Positions 29,001-44,000 of a stretch of DNA of 64,000 nucleotides are shown piece by piece; the first letter of the stretch is position 1, and each line of letters begins with the position of its first letter. The DNA lies in NCBI GenBank assembly GCA_002633005.1, contig NMRA01000067.1, forward strand, positions 1,057,553 through 1,121,552. Direction: 5' to 3'. The notes below the pieces were generated by a model. That model did not search any database. It was not told the origin of the DNA and saw nothing but the letters and a program-made list of their open reading frames with translations. Position numbers and translations under genes: made by a program. Origin of the DNA: Phoronis australis. Lineage: Eukaryota; Animalia; Phoronida.

Positions 29001-32000
29001 AGCGCAAGAGCGACCTTCTGACTTTAAAAGTCTCTAATTACTTTTCAAGAGACAGACCCATGGCAGACGACATAAAGAGGTTGTACCTTATTATTAAACA
29101 ACATATTTACAGACTTTCAAAAGTCACACTCTACAAGCAGAGACTTATTATAAATATGAGATTTGCAGATTTAAGAGGAATCAACAGTGTATGAAGTCTT
29201 TCTTGCCTTGCCTGTCTACACACTAGATGTTTTTGCAGCCAAATTGATATTCGCAAGTGCTGACTAAGCTTTTCCAGATTATCTTGCGCACTCATGAGCA
29301 GGGGAACAACCAATCAAAATCCAGGAAATGCCTCGAGTTCACACATGTATTTTTAGCCGACATTTTTGAAAACAAATGACAAGGGCATTAGTGATATCGA
29401 AATACAATCTTAGCTGGAACTGCGACAAGAAAATAAACAATTTGTTCTAATTTGTGTGCAAACTTTTTGAACCACCAAACATAAATAAAAACGGGATAAC
29501 AGACACCACGTTCCAGAACTTCACTATTTTCTGGAACAATATTTTTTTTAATAAAAACTCCATGTCTAAGACAAATCCAACGCTAGCAACGCTCACCAGT
29601 TGGACCACTCATAGGCTGGAAGGCTGTGTTGGTGATTGCCATAGAGTGTGAATGAGATGTAGCTAGAGTAGTTGTGATTGGCTGGCCAGAGTTGATTGAA
29701 GCTTGTAACTGGACGGCAGCAGGAATGGGTGACTTCATGGCAGATGTACAGTGGGTAACAGAACGCCGTGGCTGCACTGTTGGCAGAGTCAGTGGAGAGG
29801 GAACCTGAAGAATATGATGGGATATTGAGCTCCACACAATTGAGCTACAAGCCTGTAATGCAGTGTGAAAAGAGAATTCTTGAATATGCAACTCCAGAAG
29901 TTATTTGAAACAAAAACCTGTGGTTATGCAATGTTAACTTTCAACAAGGCCCAAATTGAATACAGACTCGTAAGTCTCATAATTATGGTGAAATCTCACT
30001 GACTTTGGACACGCTCGTCGATTTGGACAAGAAAAACTATTTCTAAAACTAATTAATTGTTGTTTGTAGCTATTACATACACACACACAAAAACAAACTT
30101 ACACTGATGGATACTGTGGGAAGGCTAGTTTTGACAGTTTCTGTCACAACGGATTTCAAGGCCGAGTCGATGACTGTTGACTTCACAAATGAGGGTACAT
30201 CACCAGAGGTCACTTGAATAGGGGTCATTCCTGTAATGAGGCGCAGTTGCCATAGTTACGACCTCTCATCACAAGTATCCAACAAATATACGTTACATAC
30301 TGCCACACGTCAACTGCAAGATTTGTAGACAGTCACAAAAATTCATTTAAAGGAATAGCAAAATTTTTTTGTGTGATTTTTTCATAGTCCCCACACCTTA
30401 CTCAGTGAAAACATGCTGTATGGCACAAGACTACAAGCACAATTTTACCATTTATGGTATAATCTACATGCAAAACCCTTTTTATCAAGGCTCCGTGTTG
30501 CAAAGCAACTTTTGCAACACTTACTGCATATGTTTCACGGCAGGCGACAGATTGTAAGATGCAGCTGGTGAAAGAGTCTAGTACAAAATACCTTAAGTTC
30601 ATTAGGTCACGTTATGCTGGTCTAAGTGTGACCATGAACAGTGTTACACCGAAAACAACAAACCACATCAAAGGATTACTTCCTGAATTGCAAAATATGC
30701 TAAATATAATGGGACAAAAATGACCAGGAATACATCGTCATAATGACTAAGTGTAAGCCCCAAATTCCCTGTCATGTCAGCCGAGAGAACGCGAAATTTG
30801 CCATAACTAGAGTGCTGAGTTTGTCCAATTGTTACTGGCAAGCACTACAACACTTGTACACAATGCAGACCATTCATTTACACTCCCACTGTTCACTGCA
30901 AATGACAAAGATACAGGGGGCGCACACCTATTCATACACTTTCACACACTGGGGTGAACAAAACTACTGATAACATTGGGTGCAAAGCTAGTCGTCAGAA
31001 AACTGGCAACTACAATCCTGGTAGATATTGAGATTGCGCCCAAAAAAATTAAAAAAAATAAACAAGAGCAACGCGGAGCGTTGAAATGCGCCCACAATTG
31101 CACCGCATACGGTATCCTTCTAGGGTTGTTTATTGGTACCATAAAGTGGCCAGTAGAGGGCATACTTTGCAAAATGGAAAGGCATGGTCATTGTCTCCTC
31201 AATANGGGGTGAACAAAACTACTGATAACATTGGGTGCAAAGCTAGTCGTCAGAAAACTGGCAACTACAATCCTGGTAGATATTGAGATTGCGCCCAAAA
31301 AAATTAAAAAAATAAAAAATATGATCACAGCCCCAGAAATCGCTTTCGAATTATATCCAGGTTCTTAATCACCCCCCTTGCATACATTCAATAGTAAGAC
31401 CAAAAACCTGAAATGACAAAGGGCACTATAGCCATTAGGTCCATTCAATCATCACTGCCAGCCATCATCACCTTTATAGAAGCTCAGTTGCCAGGAGAAA
31501 TCTTTAAGGAGTTCGGCAGAAAGAAAGGCGGACAGAAACTGAATACTGAGCATGACAATCTTGTTTAGCAGATAGAAAGGCAAATGCCAAAAATGCACAC
31601 CTAAATTATCACGGCAGAAAATACCGTAGCTGCAGTTAGTTCGGACAGAAAACTTATAGGTAGCACGGTCTCTTCGTTAGGTGTGCATTTGCCAATTGAA
31701 AGATATAGCGATGAATGCAAAAACTTGAAGTTGCCAATATAATAAATTCGTCCGAATGTTGTAGTCATCCGTCCTCAACTTCACAAGGCACACTCCTGCC
31801 AAATTTCATAATTTAATTCCTACACTGCAAAGTGCTACAGCGATACAGCAGTGGATGCAAGACACCAGGAAAGAGATGACAGTAATATGCACAAACATGT
31901 ATAAGGAGACGCACAAAATTAGGCACTGTTGTATGAAAGCTAATTTGATACTTGAAATACAGGTATTGGGTGTAAACCAATCAGACCCATCACAGTTAAA

Positions 32001-35000
32001 CATTGGGTACACTTGAGTGACTTCGCCAGTGCCACTGGGTTCATTGGCAAAAAAACGTGTGATTGGTTCTTGGTGAGAACATGCGACATACAGACCAATC
32101 CGATGTATTAGACGATTGACTTGGTTGAACCGGCGGAGTCAATCAAGTGCAGTTTAGGATGAAGACATTTTCCATGAGGAAATTCAATGTTTACACAAGA
32201 GTCTCAAGCACGGCACAAAACCGTTTCATCCTGTGCTCAGATCAGTGGAGCCAATAAAAGAGTACTATGAAGGAAGGTTCAAAGACATTGATGATCTGGT
32301 TACACATCAAAATAGTGTGAACGGTGGACAAAAACAAGTCTTACCTAGATTGGCAATGACTGCACCCTGTTGGAGGCTAGACGAGTTACAGGTCTTGGCA
32401 GGCAGCACCAGCGGCTGTGTGACTACATCTGTCTTGACCTTATTTTCCTGAGATTTAGCAGCCTTCGTCTCTAGCAGACTCTTGACCGTCATGTTGTTTG
32501 CGTACTTAGACTTGACTGGTGTTTTCAGCAGTACCTGCTGAACAGTCCTGGGCTCGGTGGGGTGTGGACTGTTGAGGAGCAATGTACTGGGGTGCTGCGG
32601 GGAGATCTTGACCAAACCTGCGGCCACAAGTTGCTGGAGAACGGCTGGGTTACTGAGCTGGTCAGGTGTCAGCTGCAACAGTCTTGGAGCAACAGTGGCT
32701 GCAGTGGAATTATTGGCGTACTGAGCATTTACTGTGGTTGTCATTGTAGAGGTAGATAATGAGACCAGCTGAATGGCTGATGATGGCACACTTGTAGGAA
32801 CAGAGGGATGTTGTGTAGGAACTGTGGTCAGATTGAATGCGGTGGCCGAAGACCGAGGTATTAAGCTTTGAACTTTAGATAAGGTCACCTGACTCGACGA
32901 TGATGGTAGTGGAATGGAGGTAACAGGTCGCACCTGGCTAGACTGGTTCTTGATTAGTTGCTGGAGAATGGCAGGGGGCAGTGTGTTGAGATTTGCATAG
33001 TTCACGTATTGCACCCTCTGGCTCGTCGAACCGACTATAGAAGTTGCTGTGGCCGATCCTGATTTGCCCATAATGAGCTGTGTCAGGGCCTGGTTACACT
33101 GAGCTAAAGAACTGGACGGGTTTGGGGAGGGAGATGCCTGACTACTAGAGCCACCACTAGGGTATGGGGCAAACTTCTTCATAGGCCTTGCCAAGAGTGC
33201 TCTTATCACATTCTCGTGGTTTGTTCTCGACTTGTAAATGTTCTGGCTCATTAATAACCCTGGGATGTTCCCATGCGGCCCTGTGTTCAGGTGGGACAAA
33301 AGACCACAATTTTTGTCCGTAACAATGGCGGCTGAGGTGGCAGGAATATCCTCTGCTTTCTTTGGTTTCTTTTTTAAACCCTGGTCTTCGACGTTGTTTG
33401 GTATCACGCGCCGTTTTCGAATTCTTCCACGCATGGATATGTCTGTCAGTTCTTCTTCATCAAGATTCGCAGTAACACTCTCGTCTTCCCCTAGTTTCCG
33501 CTGCTTTGAAGTTTTCTTTTTCTCCAGATTCTGAGCCAGTTCTACACCACTTTCATTAGGGCTCTCTTCCTCGGTCTCAGAAGATTCAGACTCTGTTGTG
33601 ACTGGTTCATCCGAGTCCCAAACATTTTCAGTCTCCTAAAATTCAAAGGTTTTTGTTAACTGGTCATCATATGATGAAAGGTCTGAATAACTCGTACAGT
33701 AAAAGCTGAAACGGCTGCAGATAAAAGAATGTTTTGTTTAATCCCCACATAGCCACCCTGCGTTACAAATGCGAGTGAGAATCAGGCAGAAGACGTTAAC
33801 ATACTCTAACTAAGAGTTATACAGTTAATGTTTGCTAGTGGTTCCCATGGTTACCTTCTCCAGCTCCTCCTCTACCCAGTCATCCACTTCTTTACGAATT
33901 TTCTCCTTTGTCTTTTTGTTTGCCTGTATCAGCTTGGACTCCCAGGGCTCTAGTTCCGACAGAAGGAAGGCCAGTCGTTTGTGTAAGTCCTGCACACACC
34001 TCTTACGGGCGGGGGGTGGAATGATCTGAGACAATGGAACAAGAACACAGGGTGAGGGGAAAGCCATTAACAACATCTCGTGTATGCCTTGGGCATAATG
34101 CTTATGGGAAGGGGTTGGACTGATCTGAGACAATAGGGCAAGATCACAGATAAAACAATAAATAGTACCATAAGTCATAAGTATGCCCTGGGCACGCTGC
34201 TTACGGGCAGGGAGGGGGGGAGGTCAATGATATGAGACAATGTGACAAGCAGACATGGATTGTGAGATGTAACGCGACACCTCCTGAACACATCACTTCA
34301 TGGGAGGGGGTTTAACAATATGATCTCAGATTATATAATAAAGGGTGAATGAACCATAATTGATTTGTAACAGCACAACAACAATACAACAGAATTAAAA
34401 GAGAATCGAATCACAAACTTACTTAAAATTCGTTTTTGGAATAATGATTTATAAACAGAACAAAACAAACATACAGATTTTGGCTTCTTGCTTATGAATT
34501 TCTTTAACTACAAAATCCCGGTGAACAACCGTGAATGGGTACAGTTACTTGGCTTCATCTGGAGCAACACACATCCACAGTAACAGGTGGCATAAAGAAT
34601 AACCACCTACAGTACAATACAAAAGTGATCAGACAAAATACCGTTTTCCTGTCATGACGGCTAATTCTGTAAATAGCAAAAACTACTGGTAATAACCATT
34701 AGAGCGGCAAAACTCTAATTAAACAATAACTTGACCACCTTAATCTGATGATGAATTCGGTTTCTGCCCAGCTGCCATGACAGGGAATTTCGGGTCATTT
34801 TGTCTGAAAACTTTTGGCTTGTATTGTTAGCTGTTATGACAACCATTGATTGAAATAGAGTCAGGATACACCGAACACCATATCACAAATACTCACTTTT
34901 TGTTTCTTGCCCTTACCAACAATTGTTGGCTCTTGCTCAGCAAACTTTGCAGTCAGTGACCTTAAGTCTTCCACTGTGGTGACAACTAGCTCAAAAGGCC

Positions 35001-38000
35001 CAATCTCTGGAAACTGAAATTGCCCAAAAGATTGTGAAAATTCACAACTGAGACAGAGGGCAATACTAGAGTCAGTTAGTATTGACTAGGTGCTGTAGAC
35101 AAGCTGATCACCTGCAGAGAGGGGATACATAGGATAAGGAGCACATAAAACTATTCAAGTGTTGAAACTAAGATAAAGATAAGCAGGGATAATTGTAGGA
35201 GCATGCCCACATAATTGGCAAATAAAAGTTTTCAGTGATGCACTGTGATTGCTTAACTTGGGCCAATGAATGTATAAAAATTGTTACAATCTTTCCTTTT
35301 AAATGTTTCGTTCATTCAGATTCTGATACACTACGTAAAGCAGATGAACAAAACAACTAAAAAATCAGTGATCAAAAAAACAATGCTTGGGATGTGGGGT
35401 CGAGCATAGTGTGAACATATCGATCCCAACAGTGGATCAGTGTGTGTGGTTAAACTGTAAAGCAGCGAGCAATTTTGACCAATCACTACTTGAGTACCAT
35501 ACTGTAGTACCAGATGAAATCACACACATGAAAATGATGTCTCCTAACAATTGAATCAAAAGAAAACGCTTAAGCGATAAGTGTAGTGTATTACAGCGAA
35601 TTAGGCTTACAATTTCTTCAATCTCCTCGTCCTCACTCTCCTCATCAGGAGGTACATTTCCACTTCCAACCATCTCATCTAGTTCCTGATAGTCTTGGTT
35701 ACCATATTGTATGGTACTGGTCGACGAGTTTTCAATGTTGTCATGGCTACCTGGCCCATTCTCATGCTGAAACAGATGAGCTACAACTCATGCTCATGTT
35801 CAAAGGTCAGAAGCAGGATACACAATAAAATCAAAAAACCACCTTAACTCTGAACGCAAATCCTAAAAGACAAGTTGGGTCATTTTTTGTTGCCACAGAC
35901 TTGCTTTATGCACTTTATATATTTTAATGTTATAAAGCAATTATTACGAGACAATGGAGTTAACACATTAGTAACAACAGAGGCAGTGTGGCCTAGTGGG
36001 ATAAGTGCTCGCTTCCTTTACTAATGATAGTGGGTTCGAGTCCCACAGGGGCACACTGCTAGACCCTTGAGTCAGGTCTCTTGTTCCTCAGCTTGGTATT
36101 ATCTGTGTATGATAGTTCCAGGTGATCAGTGCAATGGGCGCATGTCTGGTGCAACCTGTACCAGACAGGTGCAATTATCATTTTTCTACAATTAAACATT
36201 ACCTTATGTATGGCTAAAGAATTTTGCCACCAAGAAATGCCCTTACCTGCTGGTCCAGATCTCCTCCATCTATCTGCCCAGCCAGGTCAAAAGCTGAAAG
36301 ATCCATGACACCACCATCGCCCAGCAAAGACTCACTGGCATTTTCATTCGCAACACATCTGTGTAAGTTATTGGCACATAAGGTGTCTCTGGCGTCTTGT
36401 TGGTTTGACTCTTCCTCACCAGTGGCAACATTCTCTCTAGCAGCCTTACCGTCCACAGAACCGCAGACTTCCGTGACGCCAGAGTCCAACACTTGACTCC
36501 CACCATCTTGTTCCATCATCCCATCCTCCTCTGATCCCTCACTCTCAACATTAAGTTTAACAACAGTACCATCACTCCTATGTTTAGACTGTTTGTCAGC
36601 GACTGGTGTCGTAGAGAGCACGTTAATACCAGCTACTCCATTAGACATGGGATCACAGTCCATAGACTCTCCTGTGGTGAGTTTACAGCCTACATATTCC
36701 ATGTCCATAGTGTCTGACTGTTGACTAATACTGTCCATTTGGACGTCTGTGTCTAGGCTTTCTGATCGCTTATCAATATCCATTTGAAGAGATTCACTGT
36801 CAGTGTCCATTTTCTCATTCATACTTGTTGCATCCATCTGGACTAATGAACATGTACTACTACTTGGTGTAACTACGCACTCAGATTCTGCCTTTATCGC
36901 CTTCAGAGAGGTAAATGGTTTTGAACTGGGAAGTTCACAAAACCTAATATCATTACCTTCAGTTGTATCAGGCAACCCAGACCCGACACCAGTTTTCAAG
37001 TCAGTGCTTTGAAATTTAGAATCAAACTCAAACTTTTCTACGTCATTAGCAAGTTCTTTCTCAGATAATCCCGGGGAATCACACCCCTTCATCAACAACT
37101 CCTGTCTATTTCTTCCTGCCACAGTATCCATGGCAACGTAACCACTATTGTCTTGTTCATTCAATACCACAGTTCCTCTACCATAAGCATCTTCATCCAC
37201 TTGCGAACACATTACATCATGGCAGTCATTCTCAACACTCTCCTTTACACTAGTTCTTTTTTCACAATCACCAGTGCTACTCTCAATGTGACTGTCATCA
37301 TTTTTCTTTACCCTCGAACTCTTTCTTACTGGTTTAGTTTTCTCGCTGTTTTTCATCAGTCGTTGACTGGCTCTGGTTGGCAGACTTGCGTTGGATGACA
37401 TCTCACTGTGGTAGTCCACATCTTTCGTGAAGGAGGATGAAACCGAGTCAACATCATACGATTCGTCACTACTCGTCGCTGGAGTACTCTGCTTGAGAAC
37501 CGTCTTAAGTTGCTGAAAAAGACAACAAGACAAAACAGGTGACCAGTTGTAGGGTAAGAACCAAATTTTTTCAAACAGCAGTTCATGAAAAGAACAGAAT
37601 AAAGTAAACACTTTTCAGCTTATTTTTGTTTTTTCTCCACTACACTGTGTTAAGTAGGTTACACTGAAATGAAAAATTCCAAACTGACATGAAACAAGAA
37701 AGTAGAGATGAATCCACCTGTTGAGGCAATCAATGAACTCCATTATGTGGAGTTATCATGAATAATTATAAATGCAGTTATGCTACATTAAAAAGAAATC
37801 ACAGGTGCACAAGAGAGGCAACAAAGCAATGCCAGTAATAGTACACTCCAGGAGGTGCAAAGCAAGTCAGTTCCTCAATAGCACCATATCTGCTACTGTT
37901 TTTGGAAGTAAAGCAGTTTCAGTGAAAACCGTCATAGCTAAGAAAAACATTAAAACACATGTTAAACTCCTCAATCAGGCTGGTAAACTTGCCGGGTATG

Positions 38001-41000
38001 AGCATTGAAATTAAAGCAGTGTCTTCTGCAATGGGCCTGTAGAAGGCTTAAGTAATGTGTCAGCCTTTCTGTTCGTAGACTTTATTTCGCAAAATTCCGA
38101 CACCACTGTTCCATTATCATTATCATTATCGTTACAATTATCATTATTATTATTATATGCTACCTTTCTTTCACTATGATTCCATAAGAAGTTTGGAGGA
38201 TATCGAGGCAGACAACAAAGAACACAAAAACAACAGAAAGTCCACTAGGGCACTCAATGTAGGTCAAATTCATTAGAAACAGGACCTGTGCTGTTGTCCA
38301 CATGGAAGGTAGTAAGTTACTTTTCAAATTTCACGAACATCCATCAAAGAATTTGGTAGATATCCAGACAAACATAAAGAAAAAGAAAATTGCAACTAGG
38401 AGACTCCGCAGTAGTCAGATTTGTTCCAAAATCCATGTCAGCTGAACTCTAATCTATAGAAACACATGGCAAATTTCCAGAAGATCTCTCAAGGATCCGG
38501 TATAGATCCACAGGCAATAAAATAATAACCTGCCACAGGAAGGCGCCGCAGCAGTCAAACCATTTGAAAAATCCAAGTAATTCCCAGTAGGAAAACAAAA
38601 GTCAGTTTTCATAATGATTCTTAGTGTGATTTGGCTGACAGAGAGGCAGACTCCAATGACAAACTCAAGGATAATAAAAATGAACACAAGTTGCCATACA
38701 ATGTGCAGAATCCATTCGAAAATGGGAAAGTGTTATCTTTAATAGAAACCTAAGTATTGACGTTTCATGAAACGCCGTCACAGAGTAAGACGTAAAAAAT
38801 AAAATTGCCATCAGGGGGCATAATTGTAATTAGATCCATTCAAAAGTGGTCGTCATCAGATGATCCATTCCTAAAAATAGACCAGTGAAATTTAACAAAG
38901 ATCCCGTAAGAAGTTTTGGAGATACAGAAAGCAGATGAGAAACAAAATTGCCATACGAAGTGCCAAAGTAGTCGAAGCCATCAGAAAATCATCGCCACCT
39001 GTGCTCTTCCCAGTAGGAACACATGCCAATTTTCATAATTATCCTTAGAGTGATTTAGCTGATAAAGAGGTGGACATCAAAAAAACTAACATGGAAACAG
39101 TAAAATTGACCATTAAGTAATGTATTCAAGGTAGAAAAAGTGGCGTCTTCTCCTCAATTGCAACCTATTTGCTAAACTTCATCAGTCTGTCAAGTCTCCA
39201 AGGTACAGATGCAAATGTAAAAAAAATAAAATTGCCACTATGGGGCACACTAGTACTCGGATCCGTACAAAAATTTGCTTATGCCGTCCCATCCACGATA
39301 GAAACATGTTGCAAACTTTCATGAACATCTATCACCGGATTTAGAGATACAACAGCGGACAAGGATGACCTCTTAATATACTCACGTATACATATGTGGT
39401 GCATAAGAATAAGTGCAAGAAACTAAATGAAAACTGCCACAAGGGTGCATAGCAGTAGTGCCATCCTTTCAAACCTTGGCAAGCACATCTTCCCTTTGAT
39501 GGAAACACACCAAACAAATTTCAGGAAGATAGTTCAAGCGCTTCGGTAAATATAAGGGCAGACGACACATGTCCAGACAGAAGACGGCAATATGCACCAA
39601 CGTAATATTACGTAGGAGTGTGTCGGTTACATCTGCTTCAACCGAAACACCAAGTTCACACCAAACGATGCTACAAACCTGTCTAAGTCGACCTGGACGC
39701 TTCCTGGGAGGGGCTATAGCTTCAACTGGCTCCGATCGCCCCAAACTCTTAACCAATTTACTAGACTGTTTGACTGGTGAAGGTGACCTCGACGATTCAA
39801 CTGACCTCTTAACAGGTGTCTGGAGAAATAATCAATGCACAAATCAATGAAATGTAAAAACTGGCACTCTGTAATTAATAATTTGACTAAATACCAATTC
39901 TATTGTACTATAAAAACAGAACTACAGCCTGAAAAACACCTTACGTTTTATACCAAAGGAAAATATACATTTTATACCCCTACCAAAAGAAAATATTTGC
40001 TTGTTTTAGTTGCTCAATGTACAAGCTTTACATTGAAACAGGGCGACGCACAGGTCTAACCAAGAATGAGAAAATTTGTGGAATATGCAATACTGGTCAA
40101 ATTGAAAACGAGATTATTTTTATACATCACTGTCCTGTCCTTGGCGATGTGCAAAGAAATTTGCTGATGAATATGACAGCTAATACCAGAGTAGTTAGAT
40201 TACTTCAAAGTCACGACCTTTGTGAACTAAAAAGCGTGGCGCCATATATTTCAAGAGCATAAGTGCTTAGAGATGAAATTTTATCATTGTAAAGTTGTAA
40301 TGTAAACTGTATTATGAGGCCAAGGCCTACATACAACATCTGATAAAAACTGAAATTAGGCAATTCCCTTCTTCTTATCAATGACATTTTAATCTAAATG
40401 TATTGGTCAAAATCTGGACAACTGAGTTTACTTTTAGGCAGTCCTTAAAGCCATCCGGTAAAGATGGACATGCCTAAGTCAGATTTTCAAAGTTCAGCAC
40501 TATGGTTGTTCTAGTTCAACATTCCGCTTTCCAGACGAGTCAAAGTTCGACCTACTCTAGTGAAATCTCGTGGTCCGTTGGATTGACTTGAGCACGTTTC
40601 ACTGCTAGCAGTTTAGTTTCCCTTTGTCTTAGCTTCATAATCCATACAATCAAATGAGAAGGCCAGTCGACAAACTGGTTAGTTTTCAACTTTCCATGAT
40701 CAAGGCTCCTTTCTATAGCAAAAGTAGTTCGTTTGTCCAATTAAAAAAACAAATTTTTTGCCCGACTACAAATAGTTTTGAGTTGGGGATATATTTTTCC
40801 GTTGGTCATGCAACTTACGCGTGATCATTAAGTGTACAAAATATCTTAAAGAACAACATAGACAGGTTTCCTTTTTCTCAAACAAACCCCTTGTTACTGA
40901 CATGGTGTTGTTTCTTTGGGGTTTTCAACGATGGGATTGGTAGGGGTCCCTGGCGATATATTCTCAGATCTGCACCACAGAATTGAGGAAAGTGCAGGTA

Positions 41001-44000
41001 ACTGTTACAAGCATCATCAGTGCCGAGGAGATAAGCATGCTGCTCTTCTATTGGCTGAGCTTCTATAGCCTCTCGAACCGATTCTTGGTTATGCTGCAAA
41101 AAAGCATCCAAAACTCCATTATACGGTACAGGACAAACATAATCGTACAAAATACTGTTTTCGTGTCATGATGGCCAATTCTGTTAACAGCAAAAATTAA
41201 TGGTAATAACTGTTAGGGCGGCTAAAGTCTAGTTAAAGAATGACTTCAAGCCATCTTATACTGACTTTCCTGTCAATTCCTCTTCATTCTTGATCATGAA
41301 AGAGGACTACCGGTATTCTGACGATGAATTCAGCTTCTGCAAAGCTGCCATGACGGAATTCTAGGTCAGTCACTTTGTCTGAATATTTCTGGCTTGTACT
41401 GCACACACATCAAGATAAGTCTAAACTTTCAATAAGAAAGTAACTATGATTTTCAAAGCTGACCTAAGCTCATTTTTTGATTTACGAAGGCGTTACTGCA
41501 AATATAATCTGCATACGACTTAGAACTACTCATTAGAATGTGACCATGATTTGTGCTTTTAACAACTGTGTTTTCTCCTGTTCACAAAATAGATTCTTTG
41601 CTGAAAAACACAGAGTGAAAAACGTTCATCAGATGTCAACAAACTGATTTGCTGACCTCAGGAAAGAATTGACAGTGAAACACCCACAGAAATGAGTCAT
41701 GTCTGTACTGAATCCGTCTTTGTGAAGTCAAACTATAGTGATTTAGAACAGACATACTGAGTAACAATAACTAAGCTGGCAAGACCAGGTGATGAAGATA
41801 ATTATTGTTTTAACGGATTTCTTACAACAGTTAAGAATTTTATATATCAAACATATGGACTTGTTCTCAGAAATATTCATAACATGAAGCATCAACATTA
41901 AGAACCAAGCAAGTTACCAGACAACTATCACATAGACCCTTCACAATCCAGACTCTTTGGTAGACCGTAAGGTCATGGAATTTCCTTTTCCTCATGGGGT
42001 TCTTCAAGCCACAAATATGGAAGAACTCGACATCCAACCCTATTTTGTCAGCTGCCTGCACAATAGAACATTAACGGTTAGCTTATTACTTCTGAACGAC
42101 TGGCTATAGCAAAGCATCATGATAAAAGTTTGATCTTCACGTAACTGGAAGTAATTAAGTTCACAATAATGAAAAATTCTACCGTCAAATTGGTAAATGC
42201 AAGCTAAACTATCTCTTATTTTGTACTGACCTAAGTTAGGTTGCTGGAAAGCTAATTTAAACAAATAAGAAAAATTATTCATGAGCGACTTCACAAAATG
42301 AACTGACAAATACTGAGCTGCAGAAAAGTTGCAAGAGAAAAAGTCTGTTGGATCAATTCTTTTCTCATGTGAAAGCTGGAGCTGTCTCAGAATTTCTGGT
42401 ATCCCGCAAATATACAAAATAACAAAATATATTGGTGTTCAAATCTTTTGACCAATTATTTTCTCATGTCAAAACTAATAAGATAAACCGTCTTAGAGGA
42501 GCCTCTGATATTTCTCAACAAGAACAAAATGCCACTCAATCATCCTTTTTGTCTTCTGTTCACTCGCTAACTGTAATGCCACACTTAAACTGCTACCCCA
42601 AAAACCACCTCCGGACATGACAATGCAACTAATATGTTTTAATCAATTTTCTGCGACCCATGACACATTGTGTCGAAACACAACGTGTAAGACAAGATTT
42701 TTTTTATTTATTTGTCAAATTTATCAAGTTGGTACTCTCCTTAAGAATTTGTTTGGGCTTCGGACAATTTTATAGACCATGAGGTTTTCAAACGTAATTA
42801 CAGTAAGGAGGTAATTACCAGTTTAATTTGAAACAGCAAACAATAGGAAGAGCTAATAATATGTACGGAGTGAACATAAGGCTAACATTTATAGTTAGAA
42901 CACAACAGGCTGTTAATGGAATATGCAGCATTTATACTGTTAGTGATCAACTGTGACTAAAAATAATACAACAGTGAATATGATCTGCCAATCAATACAC
43001 CTACTTCCTGAAGATTGGTCCGGTCCATGTTAAGATGCTTGTACCAAACGTTCAGTCGACTTCTTAACCTGTCCTCCCACACTTTGTATGGCATTGGGGG
43101 TTTCTGATTTAGCCTGAAAATGGTCAATTCAAATTATATCCAGGATTCAATAGAATCATTTCCTCCAACCACTTAGCCTGAGCTTAGAGAGCGGGAAACT
43201 ATGTAGCGACTAGTTTGTGAAGATTCCACCACAGTCTCACAAATGGGGTTGTGATTACAGGCAGTACGAAGTACAGAAGAATAACAACTTTAGGTTATGT
43301 AGGACCCTATCTAAGTGTCCGAGTTTGATTAACTTTCAATTGGAACATCATATCCCAGAAATGGATGATCAGATTAGTATGATATCAGACAACATGATTT
43401 ATGGATTGCTCTCCAAAATGCTACAAGGAATTGCTTTTAAAATGTTCTACTTTTGTACGAGGGGGCCATCAAAAATAGAATTTTCATACAAAAACTCTCG
43501 TAGTTAAGTTACCAGTGAGTTAGAACTCAACTTCTATAGGACTTCCATTTTCACAAAACATATCATTTACTTTTTAGAGTTAAATCATGTAGTTTTGTAG
43601 AGATTTGACTGAATACACAGACTTCTCAATAGGGTCCAGCATAACCTTAATTACATCCAGTGTGACACCACTGTAAGACTGTCAAGATGGCTTTGACCAC
43701 CAATTCCGGTAAACTAATACAAACATGTGTGAGACATCGTAACACCTGCTGATCCAACTAACAGTAAACAACCAAAGCCATGCACTCTACCAGGAGAAGT
43801 CCTATATGCTTTACAATACCTTGTGCGCTGGTACGGTGTGCTGAGTAAAGACGTCATCAGTCGACTCATTACAGATGTCTCCCGTGGCAACAGGAAGCTC
43901 AATTCTAACTCATGCTGCACAACTTCACCCAGATTCAGGGCCTGATTGGCCACAAATAGGAAGTGGCCAATCTGAGGCAGCTGCAATAGTTTGAAAGGAA

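Noticed and set aside
35981-36055. Functional tRNA gene
   Set aside because: A and B boxes are present, but there is no convincing acceptor or anticodon stem, and it continues into a SINE-like body.
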